DNA of 64,000 nucleotides from contig OZ024744.1 of the NCBI GenBank assembly GCA_964016885.1, positions 94,054,001 through 94,118,000 of the forward strand, given 5' to 3'. A model generated the notes under the pieces. The model had not been told where the DNA came from, made no database searches, and was given only the letters and a program-made list of their open reading frames with translations. Position numbers and translations under genes: made by a program. The stretch comes from Eledone cirrhosa (Eukaryota). Shown here in pieces: positions 51,948 to 64,000 of the stretch; position 1 is the first letter of the stretch, and every line of letters begins with the position of its first letter.

Positions 51948-54405
51948 ATGCTGATCAAAGACTACCTTCCTATGTCTACTAAGAACATACCAATACCATC
52001 TAAAGATACATATGAAAAATTATTGATCAATAGTGTCAACTCGTTTATCAATAGAGTGAGATGGAGGACATTCCATTATGATAAAAACAGATCTAACAAA
52101 ACCAATGATACTAACAAATTTGACTCTTTCGGCTTTAAAACTTTCAGAAGTCCTCCTCACAACACATTATTAAACTCTTTTGAAAATGACCTAATAAAAC
52201 TAGTTAAGAACATTAAATACAAAAAGCATCGTAATAGAAACAACACCTTCTTAAACAAACTTAACTCCTCTATTAAAGGATTCAATACAAATAATAAAAT
52301 TATAGTACATGCAGATAAAACTAATAATATATATAGCCTAGATTATGATACATATAGAAAATTTATATATAAAGAACTACATAGGAGCTATAGGAAAACT
52401 ACTATTAAAAACCTACAAGATATTAATTTGGAAGGCCGTAGTATAGTGTGTAAATTGGGACTTCAGAGACATACACAGCCATACACCCCTAACCCCCCAA
52501 GATTCTCGCTGAAGGACTATAAGGAAGATTTCATTAGTAACCCTTCGATAAGACTAATCTGCCCTTCCAAATCTGACATTGGTATTATCAGTAAGAAAAT
52601 ATTAGATAGAATCATCCCACAGATTAAGCACAAAATATATCTTAACCAGTGGGGAAATACAGGTGAAGTGATTGAATGGTTCAAGGGTATTAAAGAGAAC
52701 AAAAATAAATAAATAAAAATTTATACAGTTTGATATCAATTCATACTACACCTCTATTTCCCCTATCCTATTAAATAAGGCACTAATTATGGCCATGAAC
52801 AATAGTGACCTGACTAGATCCCAGATTGACATCATACTTGCGGCCCGAAAAACCATAATTACATTTGAAGATCAATTATGGACCCGCAAGGATACGCACA
52901 ACAACTTTGACATAACTATGGGATCTAGTGACTCAGCGCAGGTCACCGGTTTGGTGGGCCTATATCTACTAAATGAAATCCATAAAGACCTACCCTACCT
53001 CAACGGTGGTTTATACCGCGATGATGCACTACTCCTTATAGACTATACAAAATTTAATATAGAAAAAACTAGGAAACTATTACATAAAATTTTCAAAAAC
53101 TTCAACTTAAGTATCACCATAGATAAAAACACTAAAAATGTTAACTTCCTTGATGCTACCCTTTACCTAGACTCTAAAATATATACACCCTTTCATAAAC
53201 CAAACGAAAAACTACTTTATGTAGATACCAATTCTAACCACCCTAAATCCATATTAAACTCAATCACTAAAGGAATATCTAATAGAATCTCTAATCTATC
53301 TTATAACGAAACCATAATTAACAATAATTCACAATACTATAATCAGGCATTAGTTAAATCAGGCCATAATAATGGGATTGAATTCCTATCTATGAAATCA
53401 CATAGTTACAACATTATTTCTCACAATATGGCCATGAGGAAATATAATAATAAAAATAATAGCTCTAATACGAAGGGTAGTATCAAACTTAACTTGCACC
53501 AAAATAGACACCAAAATAATATTATAAACAGAAATACCTCAATAGATATTATAAAAAACAAAAATAGAAGAACTAATACATTTTTCAATCCCCCTTTCAA
53601 TCTAAACGTCTCTACCAACTTACTTAAGGTTTTCTTCTCAATCCTAGAAAAAGATTTCCCATCTGGCCACAAATACCATAATCTTATAAATAAAAATACC
53701 ATTAAAATCTCTTACTCTACCACACCTAACATAGCATACCATATAGCTAGTAGTAATAAAAGAAAGATTAATACTTATTATCAACAAATTAAAACACAGC
53801 AGGAGGTAAACTTTCAGAACAACAAAATAACTACAAATCCTAATAGCAATAGTAATAATAGTAATAACACTAATGAAATCAATAACATTAGGAACAACAA
53901 CCAACATAGCCCTAATACTAACCCTAGCAACCAGACTTCTACACAACATAATAACCGGCAAGATAACATCCAAAATAAATGCAACTGTAGATCAAATAGA
54001 ACTTGCCCTTTAGGTAACAACTGCTTAATCAAAGACATCACTTACTCCTGCACGGTCAACACTAACGACTCTTCTAAAACATATATAGGCTCTACTTCGA
54101 ACTGCTTCAAGACGAGATACAACTCGCACCTCCACTTTTTCAAAAAACACAATCTAGCCAACTCCACTTCACTATCTAGCTACATACACTATCTAAAAAC
54201 TAGGAATAGAACATATACACTTCAATGGGAAGTAGTAGGTAGGGCTGCATCGTATAAACCACCTAATAAATTTTGTAACCTCTGTCTCCTAGAGACCCAT
54301 ACTATCTTTTCGAATCTTAACCTCCTAAATAAAAAATCGGAAGTGTTTGCATCATGCCAGTACCGCTTCCGACACTCAATCCATAGCTTTAAACCTAGTA
54401 TATAA
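51948..54405 (+). pseudogene. PLE RT/GIY-YIG ORF broken by a single indel in an (AAAT)n run at ~52700-52720
   Basis: KNIPIP..RVRW, ADKT, KDYK, GLYRDD, CNCRSNRTCP (CxCx5C), TYSC..YIGSTS..KTRYNSH, FCNLC. Confidence 0.9.
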
Positions 54406-55898
54406 CAATGTCAGATCTGAACTCATCACCACCATTAGCACTTCACCCATAAGACTTGCCTTCCACCGCTGCAACACACTCTTTGATTCACCCTTTCCTC
54501 TACACAAACCATTTTTATCTCTAACATTATATTCTAGAAATATTCTTATAGTCACCACCTGTTAATATAATTACTTTAGATTACTTATAATTATATAGTG
54601 ATTAAAATATAATATAATATATATAAACTTTAAATATTAAATGTAACATTGAATTATATATACATTTATAATTAAATGTATAAATTAATAACATTGTATA
54701 TAAAGGATTAATTTATTAACATAAGGAATTTATCTAACTTAAATGTAATATGGAACAATGAATTATATATACACATTTATAATTAAATGTATAAATTAAT
54801 AACATTGTATATAAAGGATTAATTTATTTACTCAAGCGATGTATCTAATTTATCATGCAAACAGCTATACGTTATTCCATATCTTACCAAATATTGGGTA
54901 GACAACAATCTAATGAAACCTTTAATATATTATGCGAGAGTAGACTGTATTTGAAATTAAATATAAATATATAACATTTTGTATAAGGGATTCAATTGTG
55001 GCACTATATAATATTGGGTAGACAACAATCTAATGAAACCTTTAATATATTATGAGAGAATAGACTGTATTTAAAATTAAATATAAATACATAACTTTTT
55101 TATATAAGGGATTCAATTGAGGCACTATATAATGTCTATTAGAGCAAGGAATTTAATTATTATAATGAGCTAGTTACCTCCCCTTACGCATTAGCTCCCC
55201 TTAATTCCATATCCACTTCCGGATATTAAACCGTTGAAAATTCTCGCAGTAGAACAACTCTAATCCATAAATATGGATATATGGATAAAATAACACCAAG
55301 TTACAATCCATTACTATAACAAACATTCAATACAAATATAACTTAACATATGTAATGGATGTGAAATCTGTAACTTTCATATTCTACACACATACAAATT
55401 TGAACTATACAGAAAATATCATCGCATTGCACCCACCATAATACACTAACATATTCGCTTATAGTGCTTGTATTTCATGTAATACCTTGCCATACAGTAC
55501 TCATATAAGCATGATTCATTTGCTTGTTCCATTCCTTTATATATGACTAACGCATGTACTATCTCTTTAATTTAATTATTAGACTATAATTATAAGACTC
55601 TTGTATTATCTGTCGCATGTATTCCACCCGTTGCTTTTAATTTTAATTTTTAATTTTTAATTTTTAATTTTTAATTTTTATTTTTATTTTTATTTTTATT
55701 TTTTATTTTAATTTTAATTTTAATTTTAATTTTAATTTTAATTTTAATCTTAATTTGAATTATTGTACAATTCTCGTATAATATATGTCGCATCCATTCC
55801 ACCCTGTAAACATGAAACTGTTGTCCACAACATCAATATATATGTATCTGTATGATTCTTCAGTTGAATAGGAGGTTAATTATATGTACAAACATTGA

Positions 55899-55952
55899 TA
55901 ATGCTCTGAGGACTCCAAGCCTAAGTTTGGAAGAAGCAATTGTCAGCGATTA
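55899..55952 (+). ncRNA. Hammerhead ribozyme variant (GAAG in place of GAAA)
   Basis: TAATGCT-CTGAGGA-CTCCAAGC..GTTTGGAA-GAAG-CAATT-GTC-AGCGATTA. Confidence 0.6.
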
Positions 55953-55987
55953 AATGTTTTAAACATAACTTTGATACTTGTGTAATC

Positions 55988-56019
<32 letters not shown>

Positions 56020-56287
56020 TATACATATATATATATATATATACATACATATACACATATATATATACATATATATATACATAAAAATAAAGGGAAGGAA
56101 GCGGTATTCAAATAGTAGGGCACACGACAAATAAAAAATATAAAGGTATAAATGTTTATAGCTGATTAAGAGCACTCAACAGTCCTGGTGCAAATAATCA
56201 ATAAAAGTAAGCATTAAAAAACTGTGTATGTAATTATGCATATACATACAAAACCATACACACACACACTCACAACCAACTACATAC

Positions 56288-56318
<31 letters not shown>

Positions 56319-56484
56319 TATAGAAATTGGAATAAATGCTCTGAAATAGCGATATATATGTGAATATAGACATAGAATATTCGAAAATATTCTGTATGTT
56401 TATAATAAACATTTTGAAGACCTAATCGCTATAGAATAGAATACGTCACGTATTACAATTAGATTCTCGATAAAAGCAAGGGAA

Positions 56485-56527
56485 GTAATCTACGCGTTTC
56501 ATTCTCGTTAGAAATCATCAGGACTAC
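56485..56527 (-). ncRNA. Minimal type I hammerhead (also 56795-56837, 57105-57147, 57415-57457)
   Basis: Reverse complement reads GTAGTC-CTGATGA-TTTCTAACGAGAAT-GAAA-CGCG-TA-GATTAC. Confidence 0.85.
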
Positions 56528-57796
56528 ATATCCAGTGCTTTTATCGAGAATGACACAGCTAGAGACTTATAGAATACTTAGCTGTGTACAGGAACTGGTT
56601 TGAAAGAGCGGTTGCCGGTCCGGCAGAAATTAGAAATTGGAATAAATGCTCTGAAATAGCGATATATATGTGAATATAGACATAGAATATTCGAAAATAT
56701 TCTGTATGTTTATAATAAACATTTTGAAGACCTAATCGCTATAGAATAGAATACGTCACGTATTACAATTAGATTCTCGATAAAAGCAAGGGAAGTAATC
56801 TACGCGTTTCATTCTCGTTAGAAATCATCAGGACTACATATCCAGTGCTTTTATCGAGAATGACACAGCTAGAGACTTATAGAATACTTAGCTGTGTACA
56901 GGAACTGGTTTGAAAGAGCGGTTGCCGGTCCGGCAGAAATTAGAAATTGGAATAAATGCTCTGAAATAGCGATATATATGTGAATATAGACATAGAATAT
57001 TCGAAAATATTCTGTATGTTTATAATAAACATTTTGAAGACCTAATCGCTATAGAATAGAATACGTCACGTATTACAATTAGATTCTCGATAAAAGCAAG
57101 GGAAGTAATCTACGCGTTTCATTCTCGTTAGAAATCATCAGGACTACATATCCAGTGCTTTTATCGAGAATGACACAGCTAGAGACTTATAGAATACTTA
57201 GCTGTGTACAGGAACTGGTTTGAAAGAGCGGTTGCCGGTCCGGCAGAAATTAGAAATTGGAATAAATGCTCTGAAATAGCGATATATATGTGAATATAGA
57301 CATAGAATATTCGAAAATATTCTGTATGTTTATAATAAACATTTTGAAGACCTAATCGCTATAGAATAGAATACGTCACGTATTACAATTAGATTCTCGA
57401 TAAAAGCAAGGGAAGTAATCTACGCGTTTCATTCTCGTTAGAAATCATCAGGACTACATATCCAGTGCTTTTATCGAGAATGACACAGCTAGAGACTTAT
57501 AGAATACTTAGCTGTGTACAGGAACTGGTTTGAAAGAGCGGTTGCCGGTCCGGCAGAAATTAGAAATTGGAATAAATGCTCTGAAATAGCGATATATATG
57601 TGAATATAGACATAGAATATTCGAAAATATTCTGTATGTTTATAATAAACATTTATATATATCGCTATTTCAGAGCATTTATTCCAATTTCTAATTTCTG
57701 CCGGACCGGCAACCGCTCTTTCAAACCAGTTCCTGTACACAGCTAAGTATTCTATAAGTCTCTAGCTGTGTCATTCTCGATAAAAGCACTGGATAT

Positions 57797-57839
57797 GTAG
57801 TCCTGATGATTTCTAACGAGAATGAAACGCGTAGATTAC
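57797..57839 (+). ncRNA. Minimal type I hammerhead (also 58107-58149, 58417-58459, 58727-58769)
   Basis: GTAGTC-CTGATGA-TTTCT-AACG-AGAAT-GAAA-CGCG-TA-GATTAC, nested inside a 16-bp outer stem. Confidence 0.88.
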
Positions 57840-58889
57840 TTCCCTTGCTTTTATCGAGAATCTAATTGTAATACGTGACGTATTCTATTCTATAGCGATT
57901 AGGTCTTCAAAATGTTTATTATAAACATACAGAATATTTTCGAATATTCTATGTCTATATTCACATATATATCGCTATTTCAGAGCATTTATTCCAATTT
58001 CTAATTTCTGCCGGACCGGCAACCGCTCTTTCAAACCAGTTCCTGTACACAGCTAAGTATTCTATAAGTCTCTAGCTGTGTCATTCTCGATAAAAGCACT
58101 GGATATGTAGTCCTGATGATTTCTAACGAGAATGAAACGCGTAGATTACTTCCCTTGCTTTTATCGAGAATCTAATTGTAATACGTGACGTATTCTATTC
58201 TATAGCGATTAGGTCTTCAAAATGTTTATTATAAACATACAGAATATTTTCGAATATTCTATGTCTATATTCACATATATATCGCTATTTCAGAGCATTT
58301 ATTCCAATTTCTAATTTCTGCCGGACCGGCAACCGCTCTTTCAAACCAGTTCCTGTACACAGCTAAGTATTCTATAAGTCTCTAGCTGTGTCATTCTCGA
58401 TAAAAGCACTGGATATGTAGTCCTGATGATTTCTAACGAGAATGAAACGCGTAGATTACTTCCCTTGCTTTTATCGAGAATCTAATTGTAATACGTGACG
58501 TATTCTATTCTATAGCGATTAGGTCTTCAAAATGTTTATTATAAACATACAGAATATTTTCGAATATTCTATGTCTATATTCACATATATATCGCTATTT
58601 CAGAGCATTTATTCCAATTTCTAATTTCTGCCGGACCGGCAACCGCTCTTTCAAACCAGTTCCTGTACACAGCTAAGTATTCTATAAGTCTCTAGCTGTG
58701 TCATTCTCGATAAAAGCACTGGATATGTAGTCCTGATGATTTCTAACGAGAATGAAACGCGTAGATTACTTCCCTTGCTTTTATCGAGAATCTAATTGTA
58801 ATACGTGACGTATTCTATTCTATAGCGATTAGGTCTTCAAAATGTTTATTATAAACATACAGAATATTTTCGAATATTCTATGTCTATA

Positions 58890-58957
<68 letters not shown>

Positions 58958-58967
58958 CATATATATA

Positions 58968-60705
58968 ATTTAAATACAACGTCAAACGTAACTTTGTCGA
59001 ATGTTCATAACACCAATCTAAATCAGGAAACTATAGTTCCTATTGTAAATAACTTCTCCAATCCAATTCCTTCTACAAATAATACTAGGTCACTTGTTAA
59101 TAACTCTGGTAATTTCTTTAATCGTAATTGTAATTGCCCTGTTAGACCTAAATGTCCTCTTAATAACCAATGTCTTGATAAAAATTTAGTGTATGAATGT
59201 AAGGTTATAACTGGTACTAATTCTTTTACCTATTTTGGTTCCACTTCCACTTCCTTTAAAGCAAGATTTATAATCACAATTCGTCTTTTAAATACCAACT
59301 TAAAAGAACTAACACGGCACTCTCTGAACTCATATGGTCCTTAAAAGACAAAAATATTAACTACAACATCTCTTGGAGGAAGGTTTGCAACGCCTTTCCT
59401 TACCGGAATTCTTCCCTATCCATATAATCTCTGCCTAGCCGAAAAATTTACCATATTCTCTAATTTTAATTCTATAATAAATAGACGTACGGATTTATTT
59501 TCGCTCTGCTTGCATAAATCCCATAGAACTTTCCATGCAGCTAATATCTCAATACCTAATTAGTTTAAAATCTTCTTTTCTCAAACGCTTTTGTATCTTT
59601 TACAAATATACCCATCTTTCTACCTTATTTCAATATATTATATTATACAATTTACTCATTCTATGTCCTTAGCGGTCCCCTATCTTTCTTCTTTTTTATC
59701 CTTTTTCTTTTTTAATTTCTAATCTTTAATCTGTAACCTTTACTTCTCAATTGCTTCTTAATTCATATTATTACTCACTATAGCATTTTCATTTTTCCTT
59801 ATATTCTTAACCATACAAACTATATTTGTAATATATACTAATATTACCATTAGTAAATTTTGTAAACATATATATTTTTTGACGTTATATTTTTTCTTCC
59901 TTAAATTTTCTTCTTTCTTCTCTCCTTCCGTGCTCGTATTAAACCTATTATTTACTTTTACATATTACAATACATAAAAACAAACTTAAACCCTAACTAA
60001 TTCCTCTAAGTTCATAATTCATTTAATCTCTCCTTCATTCACCTTATATCCTTAATATTAATATTTTAATAATACATATTAATAAATTTTTTTTTCGCAC
60101 ATATTATTAAACCATTCAATTTATAAACCTTAAATAAATACTATTCTTAATTCCTTTTTCTTTAATCATAAACATCACCATTCATAAACCTCATTAACTT
60201 TTAATTTCAAAATCATTTTTAAATTATCTATTATCTTACAACGTTTTTTTATTATTTCTCTCTGTGAGACAGTGTCTCTCAGTATTAAAGGCTATCTCTC
60301 TCTCTCTCACTCATTTCTCCTCCTCTCTCATCCTTCCTTCTTATACTCTCCCCCGTCATCCTTTATTTTCTTTCTTCCTCACCCCCCCCCCCCCCCCCCC
60401 ACCCCCCACCCCCCTTTCCCAATCTCATATATCCATCTTACTTTATTTTTCATATGTAGATTTAACACTTCACTGCTCGCAAGTGTTTTTTAAGCTTCAT
60501 ATCATGTCTCCCTATTTTATCTGATGAGAACGCAAATATCATCCCATGATGATATTTGTTTTTGAAATGCGCATAATAAAATACATGGAACTCTTTTAAC
60601 CATCTTTTGATCTTATATTATTTATACTCCAGTCCTATAAACTGTTGAGTGCTACTTATTCGATATTTGCATTGCTTTATTGTGCTACAATAAAACTCAC
60701 CTCCT
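58968..60705 (+). mobile_element. 5'-truncated Hydra-type PLE (linker, GIY-YIG and pLTR), related to 29963-31723
   Basis: CNCPVRPKCPLNNQC..VYEC..YFGSTST; the 3' end is homologous to ~31430-31723. Confidence 0.85.
60513..60583 (+). ncRNA. Minimal type I hammerhead ribozyme
   Basis: TATTTTAT-CTGATGA-stemII-GAAA-TGCGCA-TA-ATAAAATA. Confidence 0.85.
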
Positions 60706-61239
60706 ACATATACATATATACACAAATATATACATATATGTATATATATATACACACACACACACTAATATACACACACACATAAGTACAAAGGGTTACA
60801 ACACCACATAAATAAATACACACACGCACACATATAAACACACACATATATATATATACATATAAACATATATATAAAAAATTTTTTACATACATATACA
60901 CATATATATATATATGCATACACTTATATACACATATACACGACAACATACATACACGTAAAATTAATATCTAAAAATCAAAAGGGGGTGGGTATGTAAA
61001 GGGTAAGGTAGAGAGTAGGTGGGAATAAGGAAAATAAAAAGTTAAAAAATAAGAGATTAGGGAGAAAGAGAAAATAAGGGTACAGAAAGTGAGTTCAGAG
61101 AGTAATAAAGGTCGTAGTAGATGTAAGGCGTAAAGAGCAAAGAAATTCAAGGTGGTTAAGTCATCGTAGCAAAGAAGAAGTTCATTATTATTATTATATA
61201 TATAAAGAAATCATTATTATTATTATTTTTATTTTAAAT

Positions 61240-61462
61240 TTTGCCGTCTTGTATCACTGTCAACTTAATAATATTTTTTATTTTTATTTTATTTTTTTAT
61301 TTTCTTAATCCTTATTTTTTATGTGACGGCCTATTATGATAATTTATTCTTATTTGTGTGTATGCATATGTATCCTTTTATATGTTAGTACGTATGCATG
61401 TGTGTGTATATATATATATATGTGTATGTATGTGTGTATGTATGTATGTATGTGTATGTGTA
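61240..61462 (+). repeat. Dispersed repeat, inverted homologue of 45270-45552
   Basis: GCCGTCTTGTATC.CTGTCAACTTAATAATA..GGCCTATTATGAT..GCATATGTATCCTTTTATATG is shared. Confidence 0.75.
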
Positions 61463-61512
61463 TGCAAGCAGGGAAAAGCGGACGTAAAATGATGATGATG
61501 ATGATGATGATG
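61462..61512 (+). mobile_element. ~50-bp extreme 5'-truncated RTE family A or SINE tail
   Basis: GCAAGCAGGGAAAAGCGGACGTAAAAT(GAT)n, identical to 43442-43479. Confidence 0.75.
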
Positions 61513-61529
61513 TATATATATATATGTAT

Positions 61530-64000
61530 ATCTAACTTCAAAAAACGAGACAAATCACTTGATCACCTATAGATCAGGGGAACACGCCAGTCAGATAGAT
61601 TATATCCTTACCAGAAGACGTGATAGAGTGTCTGTTGTAAACACTAAATCCCTCCCCCATGAAGAATGCACCTCCCAACATAGACTCATAGTCAGCGACC
61701 TCATAGTCAGGACAAGACATATTCGACAATAGAGGAGGACTATCATCAGGAGAAAAATATGGAAGCTAAAGGACCCCACAGCCAGTAATAAATTTAAAAG
61801 CATATTACTTGATGCTTTCGACAGTAAGGAAGAGCAATTAGAGTCGTACAATATAGAGGAACAGTGGGAATTCCTGAAAGCTAACCTGCTGAAGGCGGCA
61901 GATGAAATTTGTGGCTGGAGCAGGCCTATAGGCAGGAGGAGAGTAACATGGTGGTGGAATAGTAAGGTGGAGGAGTCAATTAAGGCCAAAAAGCAGGCTT
62001 GCAAAGTATGGCGGGATGGGGGAAGTAGAGAAGACTATCAAGTGGCCAGGAGGGAAGCTAGGAGACAAGTGTACTTCGCAAGAAGGGAAGCAGAGGAAAG
62101 AAAGTTCAAGCATGTTCTACAATGCGAGGACCAAAAACGTGAGGTGTTAAGGATTGCTAGGAAATGTGGAAAGGAAAACCATGATATTGTCGGGGAGAAG
62201 TGTGTCCTTAATGATGATGGTGTACTTGCCATCACTGACGCTGATAAGAAGGTAGCTTGGAAGTGTCAATACGAAAGGCTACTAAATGAGGAGAATAAAT
62301 GGGAGAAAGACAGTCTCCCCTACATCGATCCAATAGAGGGACCAGCAGTGCGAGTTGAAGGTAGTAAGGCAATCAAAGTTATGAAGACGGGTAAGGCGAC
62401 CGGGCCTTCGGAAATAGTTGCTGAAATGCTGAAAGCATCTGGAACGGTGGGACACACTATGGTCACCCGGATAGTAAACCAAGTCATACAGAATGGGGCT
62501 GTTCCGAAGGACTGGCGTAGCAGCATCATCATTAACTGCTACAAGGGTAAAGGAGATGCTCTTGATAGGGGTAACTATAGAGGCATTAAATTAATCGACC
62601 AGGTCATGATGGTCACAGAAAAAGTAATAGCGCAACTAATCAGAGAACGAATTGATCTAGATGAAATGCAGTTCTGGTTTGTGTCAGGTAAAAGTACCAC
62701 AGACGCTCTTTTCATTGTACGACAACTACAAGAGAAGTACCTAGCTAAAAGTAAACCCTTATACTTAGCTTTTGTTGACTTGGAGAAAGCCTTTGACAGA
62801 GTCCCCCGCTCCATTATCTGGTGGGCGTTTAGAAAACTAGGTGTTGATGAATGGCTTGTGAGAGCTATACAAGCCATGTATAAAGAAACAGTCAGCAAGG
62901 TTAGAATTAACAAGGAATATAGTGAAGAGTTTAGTGTAAAAGTTGGTGTTCATCAGGGCTCCGTTCTTAGCCCCATACTATTTATTATTGCCCTTCAGGC
63001 TATAACAGAGGAGTTCAAGACCGGCTGCCCATGGGAACTCCTATATGCAGATGATCTAACGCTCATAGCTGAATCAATGGCTGAACTAGAGAAGAAATTC
63101 CAAACATGGAAGCATGGCCTAGAATCAAAAGGCCTTAAAGTTAACTTGTCTAAGACTAAAGTTCTAGTTTGTAGGAAGGAAAATAGGGCACCGATCCCAT
63201 CTGGGAAATGGCCATGCTCAGTGTGTAGGAAAGAAGTAGGCAGAAACTCCATTTTATGTCCCAAATGCAAAGTATGGGTGCATAAAAGATGTAGTGGGAT
63301 CACAGGTAAGCTAACTAAGAATATAGATTTTATATGTGGCCGGTGCTCTGGTGCAATAAGTAGCAGCAAGTGCCCACAGAATACTAGCTCATTCCATTGC
63401 ACAGATGATACTATAGAAATAGTGGACATCTTCTGTTACCTGGGTGACAAAATCAGCAGTGGGGGAGGGTGCTCTGAAAGTACAGTAGCTAGAGTCAGAA
63501 CGGGATGGAAAATGTTCAGAGAGCTTATACCACTATTGGCCGCTAAAGGGTTCTCTCTAAAAATGAAAGGCAGGCTGTATGATGCCTGCATACGAACAGC
63601 AATGTTACATGGCAGTGAGACCTGGGCATTGTGTGCAGAGGATATACGCAGACTGGAGAGAAATGAAGCGTGCATGCTCCGCTGGATGTGTAATAGTAAT
63701 ATACGTGAACGGCAAAGCATAAACGAACTAAGGGAGAAATTAGGATGTTGGGATCAGATGTTGTTTGCTCGAGAGACGACTACGTTGGTACGGTCACGTG
63801 ATGCGCATGAAAGACGACAGCTGTATAAAAAGGTGCAGGGCGATAAAAATAGACGGTAGCCACGGAGTAGGCAGACCCTGAAAAACCTGGGACGACTTGA
63901 TAAATTCCGACCACACACACTTACACCTCTCCAAGACAATGTCACTGGACCGAGATCGTTGGCGCCACAGTCATACAGAAGACCCGCCTTGCCTAAGTAC
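61530..64000 (+). mobile_element. RTE LINE family B, 5'-truncated, running off the right edge
   Basis: ORF 61967..63859 with RT motifs and Cys-rich module; upstream APE remnant with stops; homologous to 9352-11490. Confidence 0.92.

Larger units (their letters stand above)
51880..55985 (+). mobile_element. Near-complete Hydra-type Penelope-like element with ~1.5-kb 3' UTR/pLTR
   Basis: RT plus GIY-YIG ORF, internal ~120-bp duplications in the UTR, terminal hammerhead and (TA)n flanks. Confidence 0.9.
56321..58893. repeat. 310-bp hammerhead-containing tandem repeat arranged as a large palindrome
   Basis: Units start at 56321, 56631, 56941, 57251 and 57561. Orientation flips at ~57655; four inverted units follow to ~58893. 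Confidence 0.95.

Overview
AT-rich, (TA)n-dense animal genomic DNA. The SINE, RTE and Penelope content suggests an octopus-like coleoid cephalopod (inference). Most of the window is transposable elements: two copies of a Helitron family plus a non-autonomous Helitron, two RTE LINE families (one copy with an intact 1021-aa ORF), a Tx1/L1-clade LINE, a CRE-clade fragment, several Hydra-type Penelope-like elements (PLEs) with hammerhead ribozymes, tRNA-derived SINEs, MITEs and minisatellites. Six small minus-strand exons missed by the ORF track (25438-25500, 23191-23273, 20721-20746, 11926-12050, 8086-8210, 4082-4204) splice in phase into the N-lobe of a GCN2-like eIF2-alpha kinase. A charged linker appears to run straight into the catalytic domain with no pseudokinase. 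The most striking non-coding structure is a 310-bp, highly self-complementary unit carrying a hammerhead ribozyme. It is arrayed head-to-tail and folded into a ~2.5-kb palindrome (56321-58893), resembling a retrozyme or viroid-like RNA. Fold-back inversions tied to hammerhead or PLE sequences recur across the window. All calls are from reading the sequence by eye; no database searches were run.
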